Assembly (NCBI GenBank): GCA_034521575.1 | Contig: JAXHMJ010000002.1 | Coordinates: 879,692 to 943,691 of the forward strand | DNA: 64,000 nucleotides | Direction: 5' to 3' | Source: Candidatus Zhuqueibacterota bacterium | GTDB lineage: Bacteria > Zhuqueibacterota > Zhuqueibacteria > Residuimicrobiales > Krinioviventaceae | Shown here: positions 32,192-42,413 of the stretch, piece after piece | Position numbering within the stretch: the stretch's first letter is position 1 | Layout: each line of letters opens with the position of its first letter | Notes under the pieces: generated by a model | What the model was told of the DNA's origin: nothing | The model's database searches: none | The model's input: the letters and a program-made list of their open reading frames with translations, nothing else | Translations under genes and position numbers: made by a program

Positions 32192-33198
32192 TTAAAATTG
32201 TACCTGCAAAATAAGAGACAGACAGACAGACCATGCTGCTTGTCTCCATTCTCCGGGAAATAAGAATCAAAGTTTAACTGAAAACTGGTGATGCTGGTAA
32301 AATTTTGATTAATCCCAAAAGTAAATTGATTATCCCTGTAATTCATTTCCTTATAGCCCCACGATTGCCAGCGTCCCAGGAACATGGTTTCTTTAAAGAG
32401 CTTGTAACCCGCTGTGGCATAATAACCGCTGATCTCTTCTTTTTTATCAGCAATATCCTCTGTTTTAAGCTGACCTGCAAGATATTCAGCGGCAAGCAAA
32501 AAGTGGTCCGTCTCTAATCTCATATCGCCGCCGTAAATGGTCCGTTCACCCCTCAACATCGGGCCAAAACTACCACTGCGGACGTCAGGAGAATCGCCAT
32601 GCGAACCCTGAACGGCTAATTGCAGCGTTCCGGGAATGATATTCCTGAACGTATATTGTAACCGTCCGATGCCGTAAAATTTGTTATTGCTATTTGATAA
32701 CATCTTGTTGCCGTTAAATAGTCCCGAATAATAGTAAAGTCCGTTCACATCACCCTCGGCAGAAATGCCAATTTCACGGGATTGGACCAAAAGTCCGGTA
32801 ATTCTTGTTCTGTCAATAAAATCCGTAGAGCCCGGATCAGGAATGTAATCCTGTGTTTGTCTCGGTTTCATAGCCCCTGTTGTAATGCGTAACGCATCGC
32901 TGTGGCGATAGCCAATAAAAACATCCAGCAGATTGGGTTCACTGACCATGTTGAAAAATACACGATAGTAAAACTTGCCGTCGAGCATCCCCCTGAAACT
33001 CAACCGGGCATTGGCGGCTTTGAAGGTGCGACCGCCCTGAAATTCATCATTGGCAAGTGAATACCTGAAACCTGCCTGAAGCAGTGCATTTACTTTGAAT
33101 GCCTCGTGTTGCGTGATGGATTGAATTTGCCTGGCAAGTGGTTCTTCCTGCGCAAAGACAGTATTCGACACGATAATCATTCCGGCTAAAATTTTCAA
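32192..33198 (-). CDS. outer-membrane beta-barrel porin (OprO/OprP-like), with a probable one-base indel near its 3' end
   Basis: Signal peptide MKILAGMIIVSNTVFAQ, then alternating amphipathic strands. In the +1 frame the C-terminus reads …GLSVCLSLILQVQF*, a canonical BAM-recognition ending (alternating hydrophobic residues and a terminal Phe). The tracked frame reads through to 32179. Confidence 0.5.
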
Positions 33199-33381
33199 GA
33201 TTATTTTTTCATCATTGATTCCTCCGAGCTAAAAGTTAAAATGTGAAAATGAAACCGATTGAAAAAAGTGGTCCGAAGGCGAAGTTTTGGAGCATTGGCC
33301 GGATTTACTGCGGCCAAAAGCAGAAGCCCAATCGCGGAAAAAAATATTTTCATAGTGGCCTCCCTGATAAATAGATACTTG

Positions 33382-34718
33382 CTATTTTTCGTTTTCAAAT
33401 TTAAGCGCATCGAGCAGGGCTTTATAGCGTTCCTGCACATCTTTTTTGTCATTCTCATCTGGCAATGATTCACGGCTGGCTTTTTCTATCATTTCAGCCT
33501 GTCTGAGAAGCGCCTGGCGTTGCTGCCGGTTGCAGGTAAGCGGGCCAATTGTGTTCAGAATTTCCAACAGCCGAATGGTGACAGCCGGATTCGTTTGGCT
33601 ATACTGGCGGATTTGATCGAGAGCGGCGTTTGTTATACCGGCGAACGTAAATGGTTTTGTCATTATCCGGAGTTTACCCTGATCATCGAAACGCCGGGCA
33701 GAAGGGAAATTTTTGCTGCACAAATGCCCAAGACAGAGCCCAGCCGGTCAATGCAGGCTATTGCCGTGAACGGATCGTTAATGCCGGGTGATAGTGCTCG
33801 TGCTGCAACTTCGACAAGTTGATGAATGGAGAACTCGACATCCTGTTCGGGCGTTCGCTTGTTTCCTATGATAAATGATTGAATGATCTTTTCGGTATCA
33901 TCATCGAAGGCTTTATTGGAATAGACAGTCACCAGCGGGCTGCCGTAAATAATATATTCACCCGGCCGGTAATGAATGCTGATGAACACATCTTTTGTCG
34001 TAGTATAATCCATCAGCGTTTCATTAATGACAGCCTGCAAATAGCCGCTTTGGCTGGCCGACAGAACCTGAGAGTTCTGAAAGGCTTTTTCCTGGACTGA
34101 AAAATCAATCGCATCAAGCTCATCTTTTTCCAAATCATGGCCTAATTCCTCGGGAAAAAGGCGTTCGATGCTTTGCACAAGCTCTTTGTAGACTGACCAT
34201 ATAACAGAGTCAGCTTGAATGGATGATGAGATATGATGGATGAAATAGATCAAAATGCCGACATTGAGTACGGAGAGGACAATAGCGAACGATGTTGAGA
34301 TGTTGGGGATAAAAGCAAATGTTTCACTCGTATGAACCGCTCGAAGCACGAGGAGGCAATAGATAAAGGTTGCACTAAAAATCCCCAGCACAAGCTGATT
34401 TCCCCGGTCTTTCATAAAATTCCGCATTAAACGGGGTCCAAATTGCGACGATGCTAATGTAAGCGCAACAATTGTGATTGAAAATGTCACACCGGTAATG
34501 GTTATCATGGAGCCGGCGATAGTGGCTAAAACAGTCCGCGCTCCCTCGGCGCCGCCTGTAAATAAGAGCCCGGGAAGCTGGTAAGCGTTAGCGTTACAGC
34601 TTTTATCAACAGCGATAGCCAAATAAGAGATAATTATAGAAGAAATAATAATCAAGCCGGGTAGAAACCAAAAGCTGGTTTTAAGCGATTCCCAAAGATT
34701 GAGCACAAATGTTTTCAT
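33382..34718 (-). CDS. DUF2254-family membrane protein, frameshifted near 33694-33698
   Basis: Four N-terminal transmembrane helices followed by a soluble domain. The C-terminal part (33382-33723, …RFDDQGKLRIMTKPFTFAGITNAALDQIRQYSQTNPAVTIRLLEIL…) continues in a +2 frame. Confidence 0.55.
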
Positions 34719-35383
34719 GACAGTGCCTGTTAATATAAGGTATTTTTTACATATAACGTTTAATCAAACGCCGAAACAAAACGCACAAAATTCAAACAAA
34801 AATCCAAACTTTGTACGAACCCAGCCCTCAACACAACCCAAAATCCTCCGTGTTTCGGTCGGCTGCATTTTAAGTTATATGCTTGCTATTGATACTGATA
34901 CTTAAAATAATTGCCTTGTTGAAAAGTTAAACCGCAAAATGGGTACAAGATAAAACTCGGTATTGAAACAATGCTGATATTTTTAGTAATGTTTATGGAA
35001 AATAGTTGTAAATATCTTTGCGATGTAATACTCTTTCAAATATTATCATCTTGTTTTCATATTTTAAACCAACTTTATGATCACCAAACCTAAGCTTATA
35101 GTATCCAGTATACCCCGTCATTTTTTTTATTTTTTTTTACTTTTTCTAGAGTTTTATCTTTGTTTTTATTGTTCGCTTAGTTAACCTGCACGCGGGTTGA
35201 ATCGGTACAGACTGCGCAGAAAAATCCAATCTACAAATCACTCGATAAAAACTCAAAAGGCACACGTCCCGCGTGTCAGGTAAAGCTTATTGTTAGCAGC
35301 TTCCGGGCGGCTGCATTTTAGCTGAAACAATTAGTTAGCTGACGCGGCCTGTCCTAACTTTCAATCGTATTTCAAAGAGTATT

Positions 35384-35785
35384 TTATTCAATAATGGATT
35401 TAACAGTCCGCAATGTCTTTTCCGCAATTTCAATCCCTTCCCGACAAATACCCTCATCTGGCTCATAATCAGCCAAAACACTGCCAATCGGATATTTTGA
35501 CGGCAGGTAGATTGAATTGAGAAAATCACATTCATCGTCGAATAATTCAATTTCAATGTTATGTTTGAGCAACACTTGCTTGAGCTCAAGTATATCATGC
35601 GTTCGTTGAAGCTTTATCGATTTTTCGATAAATATTGATTTTAATGCTTTTTCAACAGCTTGTTGAATATTTTGAAGGCAAGGATTATATAATCTACTTT
35701 CAAGAAGGATCTTGGAGGATTCAAGATTTTCCCCGGCATAAATCGACCATATTCTGGTTTCATCTTTCATAAATCGTTTCACCAT
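35384..35785 (-). CDS. HEPN-domain protein (HepT-like toxin of a HEPN/MNT type VII TA pair)
   Basis: 133 aa helical protein with a candidate R-x(4-6)-H HEPN motif (…KLQRTHDILELK…). It overlaps the upstream nucleotidyltransferase gene by 26 nt. Confidence 0.65.
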   Translation of the reverse strand: MVKRFMKDETRIWSIYAGENLESSKILLESRLYNPCLQNIQQAVEKALKSIFIEKSIKLQRTHDILELKQVLLKHNIEIELFDDECDFLNSIYLPSKYPIGSVLADYEPDEGICREGIEIAEKTLRTVKSIIE

Positions 35786-36065
35786 CTTTTATTTCATCTA
35801 AAAAACTTCCGTTAGCATTGGTTTTCAAAGGAATCACATCAATCGGATATAGTTTGGAAAGGTCTCGTACTAGTTTTCTATATTTCAAGGCAAGAGACAA
35901 ATACGATTCATCACTGTTTTGAAAAACTGCAATATCGATATCGTTCGGCTCATTCGATTTTGTGAACGAACCAAAAATTACGATTTTCTGGATTTCTCGC
36001 TCTTTTGCAAGCCGATCCTTGATTTGCGTCTTTATTTGATCTTTTTGATTATTCGTTATGTTCAT
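35760..36065 (-). CDS. minimal nucleotidyltransferase (MntA-like antitoxin)
   Basis: 101 aa with the GS-x(9-13)-DxD signature (IFGSFTKSNEPNDIDIAVF) of Pol-beta-like nucleotidyltransferases. Confidence 0.75.
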   Translation of the reverse strand: MNITNNQKDQIKTQIKDRLAKEREIQKIVIFGSFTKSNEPNDIDIAVFQNSDESYLSLALKYRKLVRDLSKLYPIDVIPLKTNANGSFLDEIKDGETIYER

Positions 36066-36099
36066 AAAAATCCATTATTTTATTTTTTATGCTACCGCA

Positions 36100-36660
36100 A
36101 AGCGGTTTCGTTCAAACGCAAGGGTCTGCTGCGCCGGACCCCAGAGCGACCGAAGGGCGCGGCGGGGTGCGGCTTCAGGCAGCACCCATTTGTTGGCTGA
36201 AGCCCGGATCTACGTCTTCCAGGCAGCCACAATCCAGAACATGACAAACCCAGCGTACAGAAGCCGAAATGCCCAATTCGCCGGCCCCTGCCAGAACGGC
36301 GTTACCTTCGGAAGCCGAGTGAATCACCGGAAATCGAGGTCCGACTCGAGTTCACGCGCGCGGCAGAAGAAAGCACTCGCCAGGTAGGCGTGGCTCTCCT
36401 CAATCACCCAGAGACCCATCGCGAGGACAGCTGCACTGGCCTTCATCCAGGTGAGCAAAGGTTCGCTTGGTGCCTTATCGCCAAAGAGGAGAGTAGACGA
36501 GCCCCGACATCACTGCAAACAACACTGAAATCTGAGCGGTCTCTATCCCGCCCGAATACTTGCAGAAGTCCACGAACGTCGAGTACTCCGTAGTCGGCAG
36601 CTCGGGTTCGTCGCATTGTCGATCCGTTGGTGTCATGTCGCTATCGTCCTCTCCAGCCAA
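36100..36660 (-). pseudogene. GC-rich (~60% GC) gene remnant: membrane-protein-like peptide pieces in three different frames with no complete ORF
   Basis: Local GC is far above the ~45% of the surrounding DNA. The minus strand shows protein-like segments (…FVDFCKYSGGIETAQISVLFAVMSGLVYSPLW / MGLWVIEESHAYLASAFFCRARELESDLDF / VLAGAGELGISASVRWV…) separated by frame changes. Confidence 0.3.
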
Positions 36661-36769
36661 CAGTAAGTATACAGTTTCTTATGAGCATTCAAAAGAAACT
36701 ACCCAATATTAGTTATAAAATCAATAAAAATCATTGCTTTTATCAAATAAATTTCTTATTCGCTTGTGC

Positions 36770-36788
36770 GCTAAACAGATCGTTTAGC
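36770..36788. promoter_or_regulatory. perfect palindrome GCTAAAC-AGATC-GTTTAGC, with a third GCTAAAC half-site 40 bp downstream
   Basis: 7-bp inverted arms with a 5-bp spacer in an AT-rich non-coding stretch. An extra half-site lies at 36829-36835. Confidence 0.3.
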
Positions 36789-37367
36789 ATTGCAATTGTA
36801 ATGATAAACGGAAACAGGGGGTTGTTTTGCTAAACTTACCGGAATCCATCAGAAAACGTTATCTTGAACAATTAAAAAAAATAAAATAATAGTTGATAAA
36901 ATTCCGTCTTTTCTAAAGTGGCTGCAATATTACCTCCATTTTTGTGATAAATATTCACATCTTGCTAAAGATAAATCCAGTCTCGCGGCACAACCGGGAA
37001 GTTGACTTGTGAGATCCGGGTCAGTCAATCAGATCAATAGGAATGCAACAGTATATACTCCAGCATATACTGTCTGGAAAAAACATTGCAAATGACTCGA
37101 TTCAAAATTTGCCCTCCCTTTGATACCTCTATCGGTATTCTCTTTAACATGGGTTATTCATGATTCATTTTCAGTTCGTCTTGTTCGTTTCGTTCGCTGC
37201 TCTATTTTCGTGCACAGGCCGTTAAATTCGACAGCTTTTACAATTCAACCATTTTACAGCTGCGGGCCTGGATTTCAAAGCAACCAACCTTGTGACTTTT
37301 TGACTTTCAGACCTTTCGACTTTGCACATTTCCCCTCCTGCTGCCCTTGTCACTCCAGGCGTTCCAC

Positions 37368-37400
37368 AAAAAAACGGCCGGACTCGAATGAATCCGGCCG
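37368..37400 (-). terminator. rho-independent terminator (minus strand) downstream of the TldD-fragment gene
   Basis: On the minus strand: CGGCCGGA-ttcattcgag-TCCGGCCG followed by TTTTTTT. Confidence 0.55.
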
Positions 37401-37482
37401 TCAGCCAGGGTTTTTAAAGAATCTAATGCTTTAGCTACACACCGGCCACCACCCCATCGGTGAACACCAGACGGGGCATCTG

Positions 37483-38046
37483 TTAGCTGCTGTTCATCCA
37501 GGGATCATTGGCGGCTTTGGCCAGTTTGTTCCAGAAATTCAGATGGTTATCGGCGATATTCATTTCCGCGATCGGCTGCGTCAGTTCACCGTTCTCAAAC
37601 AGGGTTCCGGTGATGCCGACTGAAAAATCGCCGGTATTGGAGTTTGAATTGCTGCCGATAAATCCATTGATCAGGATACCGCGTCCCAGATCTTTCATAA
37701 TTTCGTCAATCGAGCGTTTTCCGGGCGGCAGGATGAGATTTGACGTGCCGCCGGTGGTGGGTTGCACACCCAGTTTGCGGCTGCGGTACCAGTCGATGTA
37801 GAACTGATTCAGCACCCCGTTTTCAATCATGGCGCGCTTGCGCGTGGCAAAACCGTCGCCGTCGTACAAACCGCTGCCGAGGCCGGCCACGATATGCGGA
37901 TCGTCGATCAGCGTGAACAGCTTGCTGCCCACCTGTTCGCCCTGCTTGTCCAGTAAAAAAGAGCGTTTCTGCTGCAGAGACCAGCCGTTCATGGCATTGA
38001 CAACACCGTTCAGAATACGTCCGACATTTTGATTTTCAATGATCAG
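37483..38046 (-). pseudogene. TldD/PmbA-family metalloprotease, C-terminal domain only (5'-truncated remnant)
   Basis: …GFIGSNSNSNTGDFSVGITGTLFENGELTQPIAEMNIADNHLNFWNKLAKAANDP matches the PmbA/TldD C-terminal domain. The frame is closed by a stop about 20 codons upstream of the first Met, and the upstream space is occupied by another gene. Confidence 0.55.
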
Positions 38047-39712
38047 GTGGTTTTAATTTGATTTCGAATCAGCCGATTATTAATCATTTCACGCATACCC
38101 GAGCGATGAACATTTCCCAGATACTGTCCGTCATCATCGACAACCGGCACCTCTGATATATCGAGTTGATCCAATGTACCCAGCGACTCTTTCACCGACT
38201 GGCCGGGATGCAGGGTGGCACGCGGTTTGACAAGCACATCTTCGGCCACCAGCCAGTCCCAGGTTTGCTCTTTGAGAATCAGGTTGCGCAATTCTTCTAC
38301 GCCGATGACGCCTGCGAGTCGATCCTCCGCATCAACGACGGGGATAGTTGTGGCGCCGGTTTCCGTAAACATGGCAATGACATCCCGGATACGGGAAAAG
38401 AATGAACCAGATGTTCTTTGGACAGCTTTATTTCGGTCAGGCGCAGAGAGGCGGCAATGTCTTCGGCTGTAATATTGCGCCCGGCTTCATCAGCCCGATT
38501 CACAGCGAGTTTCACACAGGCCGGTCCGATGATCTGCACCAGAAACGTGGTGGTGGTGATTCCAAAAATAATGACATCACCCAGGGCCAAACCGTCAGCC
38601 ACCTGGATGCCCTGAAGTTTATGCGCCGCCATAATGGACAATCCGATAGCCACACCGCCCTGGGCCAGCAGACCCAGACCGCTGTAACGCTGTACCACCG
38701 GGTCCGCTTTGGACAACCGAGCACCCAGCCAGGCGCCGCCCATTTTGCCGATACTGCGTCCGATGACATACAATCCGACAATCCACCACAGCCAGACCGG
38801 CATGGACTGCAGCGATAACCGGGCGCCTACGAACAGAAAGAACAGCACATAAATAAATGTAGAGAATGCATTGATGCGTTCGGACAGTTTTTCATAATAG
38901 AACGGCGTCATGTTGACCACGGTAATGCCGCCGGCCATAGCAGCCAGGATGATATCCATGGCGTAATAATCCGTGATTCCGGTGATCACCATGAGCAGCC
39001 CGACCGTGGACGCTGTGGCCACATCGAGTGAACCGGAACGTTTAAGAATGAGCGCAATGGTGAGCCCGAGAGCGATACCCAGTCCGATGGAACCGAACAG
39101 TTCAAATCCGATATGCAGCAGTTCTTTGCCAATATGCGCCTCTCCCCCACCGATGAACTGCGCCACGCCGCTGCCCAGTCCGTACAGAGTCATCGCCAGG
39201 GCATCATCCAGAGCAACGATGGCGGTGAGCGTGGTGGTCAAAATTCCGGCGCTGCGGTATTCCCACATCACCGCCATGGTGGAAGCGGGGTCCGTGGCTG
39301 ACGCGATAGCGCCGTAAACCAGTCCGGCGGCCAGGGCAATGGAAACATTGCCGCTCACCCAGTAAACAACGCCCGCTGTGGAAACACTTACAATAATAAA
39401 GGCACCCAGACCTTCACTTATCAGAATGGCGGCAAACTGCTTGCCGTATTTTTTCAGAGTACCGAATTTGATCTCGCCTCCAACCAGAAATCCGATGATA
39501 CTGAGACAGAACAAATTGATCGGCGCCAGCATTTCAATATCAGCCGGCTTGATAAGTTTGAGTCCGCTGCTGCCCAGCAGAATACCGGCCGCCATATAAC
39601 CGAGCACTTGAGGAATACTGATACGTCGGGCCAGTATGGCATTCATGATGCCGCCGAACACGCCGGCCCCCAAAAGAATCAAAACACCGGCGCCGCTCAG
39701 TGTATCAGACAT
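38043..39712 (-). CDS. CPA-type cation/proton antiporter with a fused C-terminal CBS-pair domain (frameshift near 38393-38399 splits off the CBS part)
   Basis: Ten or more transmembrane helices with the Na+/H+-exchanger pattern (…ATDPASTMAVMWEY…). The 109-aa CBS ORF (38043-38372) extends upstream in its own frame (…SRIRDVIAMFTETGATTIPVVD…) into the transporter tail. Confidence 0.65.
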
Positions 39713-40358
39713 GGCGCTCTCCCAGGATTTCATAAATATCAGACGGTTCGCTGCAGCCGAGCAGGTTCTCACGCACATGCTCCTGTTTGAGCATGGAAGC
39801 TACAGACGAAAGCACCTGGATATATTCTGCATGCTGATTGCGTCCGGCGATAATCAATATGACAATCTGTACCGGCGTATTGTCCAGAGATTCATAATCG
39901 GTAATCGGATGTTTACACACAGCAGCTGAAGCCATCACTTCTTTGACCTCCGGGAGCCTCACATGCGGCACGGCAATGCCCAGTCCGATGCCGGTGCTCA
40001 TGAGTTTTTCGCGATTGTACACCGCTTCCGCCAGCTCGGCGCGATTGCGCACCCCGGGCAGTTCGACAGACACATCAACAAGCCGGTTCAGTACGGCTTG
40101 CTTGCGCGTCTCCTCCAGTACAAGCGAACGCTCGGGTGAGAAAATCGATGATAAAGTCATGGTATGCGATTCATCCGAACGGATTCGCGGCGTCAGCTTG
40201 CGCGATACCCAGTTTTCGATCTCGTCGCGTTTGAAGCGCCAGGATGTGCCCAGCTTGCCGCAGGGAATCTCACCGTTCTGCGCCCAGTCATAGACCGTGC
40301 GCTGTGAGACCTTGAGAAACGTTGCCACTTCTTCCACGGTCATAATTTGATCATTCAT
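39705..40358 (-). CDS. regulatory protein: excisionase-type HTH fused to a PTS EIIA type-2 (PtsN-like) domain
   Basis: N-terminus MTVEEVATFLKVSQRTVYDWAQNGEIPCGKLG (MerR/Xis-type HTH). C-terminal EIIA-2 fold with the conserved GIGLGIAVPH motif. It overlaps the antiporter start by 8 nt. Confidence 0.7.
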   Translation of the reverse strand: MNDQIMTVEEVATFLKVSQRTVYDWAQNGEIPCGKLGTSWRFKRDEIENWVSRKLTPRIRSDESHTMTLSSIFSPERSLVLEETRKQAVLNRLVDVSVELPGVRNRAELAEAVYNREKLMSTGIGLGIAVPHVRLPEVKEVMASAAVCKHPITDYESLDNTPVQIVILIIAGRNQHAEYIQVLSSVASMLKQEHVRENLLGCSEPSDIYEILGERHV

Positions 40359-40698
40359 TGCGAAATACCTAAATTATTTGCGATATTTTCTATTATATTA
40401 TATTATATGTATACAAACTTCATAAGATAACATATTTTATGCTTAATGTCAAGGGTTCGAAAACTAAAAGAAAGCCGGACCACGGGATTTCGAAGCTACG
40501 GGCAAGCCAATTGAGGTGTTTGGGGGCGGATTGTGCGCCGGGTGAGAAACAGACCGCAGACACAGAGTGTCCGGGCTGCATTCCGCCAAGGAGACTGGCG
40601 GAACGATTTGAATGTAGGTCGACCAGGCTGGTCGACCGGCGGACATCGACGGGCCGTTACGAACAACCGTATTATCTCAATTCAAAAATTATATTAAA

Positions 40699-42413
40699 CC
40701 TAAATTGAGCGATTTTAAAACAGAACAAAATAAACTGGCTCAAAAGGGAGCCAGTCATGTCTATTTGTGTAAATTCTATTCTGTTTTCATGTTACAAAAG
40801 TCTTTTTACCTGTTTTTAAAATGAACTATGCCTAAAAACATGAAAAAACTAACATTAGGGCGTATCAATCCTGTGAAATAAAATTTTCTGGAAACATTTT
40901 GCTCTATGTCATGAAAGCTGGTTTTTGTTCGCGAATCGCCTGCCATAAAAGTGGAATTTTTAATGCATCATAAGTAGCTTGGGTGACTTTCAAGATTACC
41001 TGTTGACTCGTCGATATTATCTTGACAGCAAAATCAATTACAGTCCGGCGAAAAGTGCTGGGATAGCTCGTAACCGGTAACACATCCTGGGTCATATCAC
41101 GCTTGAAAGCTTCGTATAGAAAATGACTCATCAAAAAATGTAATAAAAGGCTCTGTTCATTCCAAAGCCTTTAAAGGGAAGCTGCTCGCATACGACAAAA
41201 TCCTTTTGTGAACGATGAACAAGTTCACCCTTGCCGCGACTATGATCCAATTCAATGATCTTTTCCGCCTTTAAATAGTCATCGCCAACTGCCTGCACCA
41301 GCTTTTCATCACATTCTTTATTCTGGCCAATGTTTGTATAAATCACATTGTCCGGTCGAGCAAAATCAAAGGTCATCTGGCCATTATCTTCGGTTTCTTG
41401 TGATGTGAAAATGCATCGCCGAAATGTAGACCACGTGTCAAGCCGGTTACCAAATTCAACAAACGACCACGACATTTGATACAAGTGAAATCGATCAACA
41501 GGAACTTCTTTAACATATTGTTTAATACCCTTATAGAGCTTTCCGCTGCACGCATAATGAATGCCGAGGCGTTCTTCAAAAAATCTGAAATTCTTATCAT
41601 CTAAAAAACCGCTGTCTTTAAGCAGTATGATTGGCACATCAGCATAATGGGTTCGAATCGCTTTGACCAAACGTCCAACAGCTTTTCTCAAATCTGTCCC
41701 ATGATTGCAGTGCACATTGCCAGGACGGAACAATGCATCCACCACATAAGGCCCCCAGCTGATTTGCAGCGGCTGAAAGCCCTTTTCTTCTTATAAGTTG
41801 GCTTAACGCCTTGACGTTTTTGGGCATCGTCATTGTCAAAGACCACCGTATCAGCGAATAATATGATCACTTTGGGCTTTTCAACATGAAGGCGCCAGAT
41901 AAAAAGCTTGAGCAAAATAGAACGAAAGAGCCATTGTCCGACAAAACCAAGTCGGCGAAACATTCTCTTTATCTGATGCGATGTCGCCATGTGCCAAGGC
42001 TCATTCTCTAGGAGCGCGGCATAAGCGTCGTCGTTTTTACGTCGATCAAAGCCTAACATGGAACGGTCGGTGCCATCAATGAACCAGCCCACAACTTGTT
42101 TAATAAACTGAAAGCAACTAATGCCCTTGGCCGAACCTTTTAGAGAACCAAGACATTGTTCGAAAAGCTTGAAAAAACCAATGTTTTCGACATATTTGAT
42201 AAAGAAAAACAGGCCGCCGCGCCCGCTCATTTTTTCAGTTGTGACCTCGATTTTTGAAATTTTTACTTGCTTTGAATTGGTTTTTTTCTTCATATTATTG
42301 TCACCTTTTGGGTGCGTGGATTGATTTTAGTTGATTTTGTCTTAATTAAAATAATAACAATCCATTATAATCCCAAAAGGTTTTTTATTTTTCGAAGAAT
42401 CGCTCAGTTTAGG
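40699..42413 (-). mobile_element. IS1380-family insertion sequence (1,715 bp) with 16-bp terminal inverted repeats and a 5-bp TTAAA target-site duplication
   Basis: Left inverted repeat CCTAAATTGAGCGATT (40699-40714) and right inverted repeat AATCGCTCAGTTTAGG (42398-42413) agree at 15 of 16 positions. TTAAA flanks both ends (40694-40698 and 42414-42418). Confidence 0.7.
40904..42293 (-). CDS. IS1380-family DDE transposase, present as three frame pieces (two frameshifts)
   Basis: Pieces at 41688-42293, 41131-41745 and 40904-41134. The motif …LLKDSGFLDDKNFRFFEERLGIHYACSGKL… matches the IS1380 DDE region. Confidence 0.7.

Noticed and set aside
33201-33473. 90-aa ORF with an internal signal-peptide-like stretch upstream of the porin gene
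   Set aside because: The porin has its own start and signal peptide. This ORF begins with an implausible N-terminus and may be a remnant or a leader. There is not enough evidence to call it.
37120-37434. 104-aa ORF with an odd F/S/C-rich sequence
   Set aside because: It lies in repeat-rich non-coding DNA (GTTCG and GACTTT repeats) and has no ribosome-binding site. A minus-strand terminator sits inside it. It is most likely not a gene.
40450-40470. tRNA-like T-arm (GGGTTCGAAAAC)
   Set aside because: There is no matching acceptor stem, anticodon arm or CCA context. I found no credible tRNA anywhere in the window.
40440-40700. Possible RNase P RNA (P4-like GAGUGUCCGGGCUGCAU string)
   Set aside because: Only ~110 nt follow the P4-like motif, and the other universally conserved RNase P blocks (AGGGUGAAA, GGUAAGAGCGCACC) are absent. 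I kept it only as an unspecified structured element.
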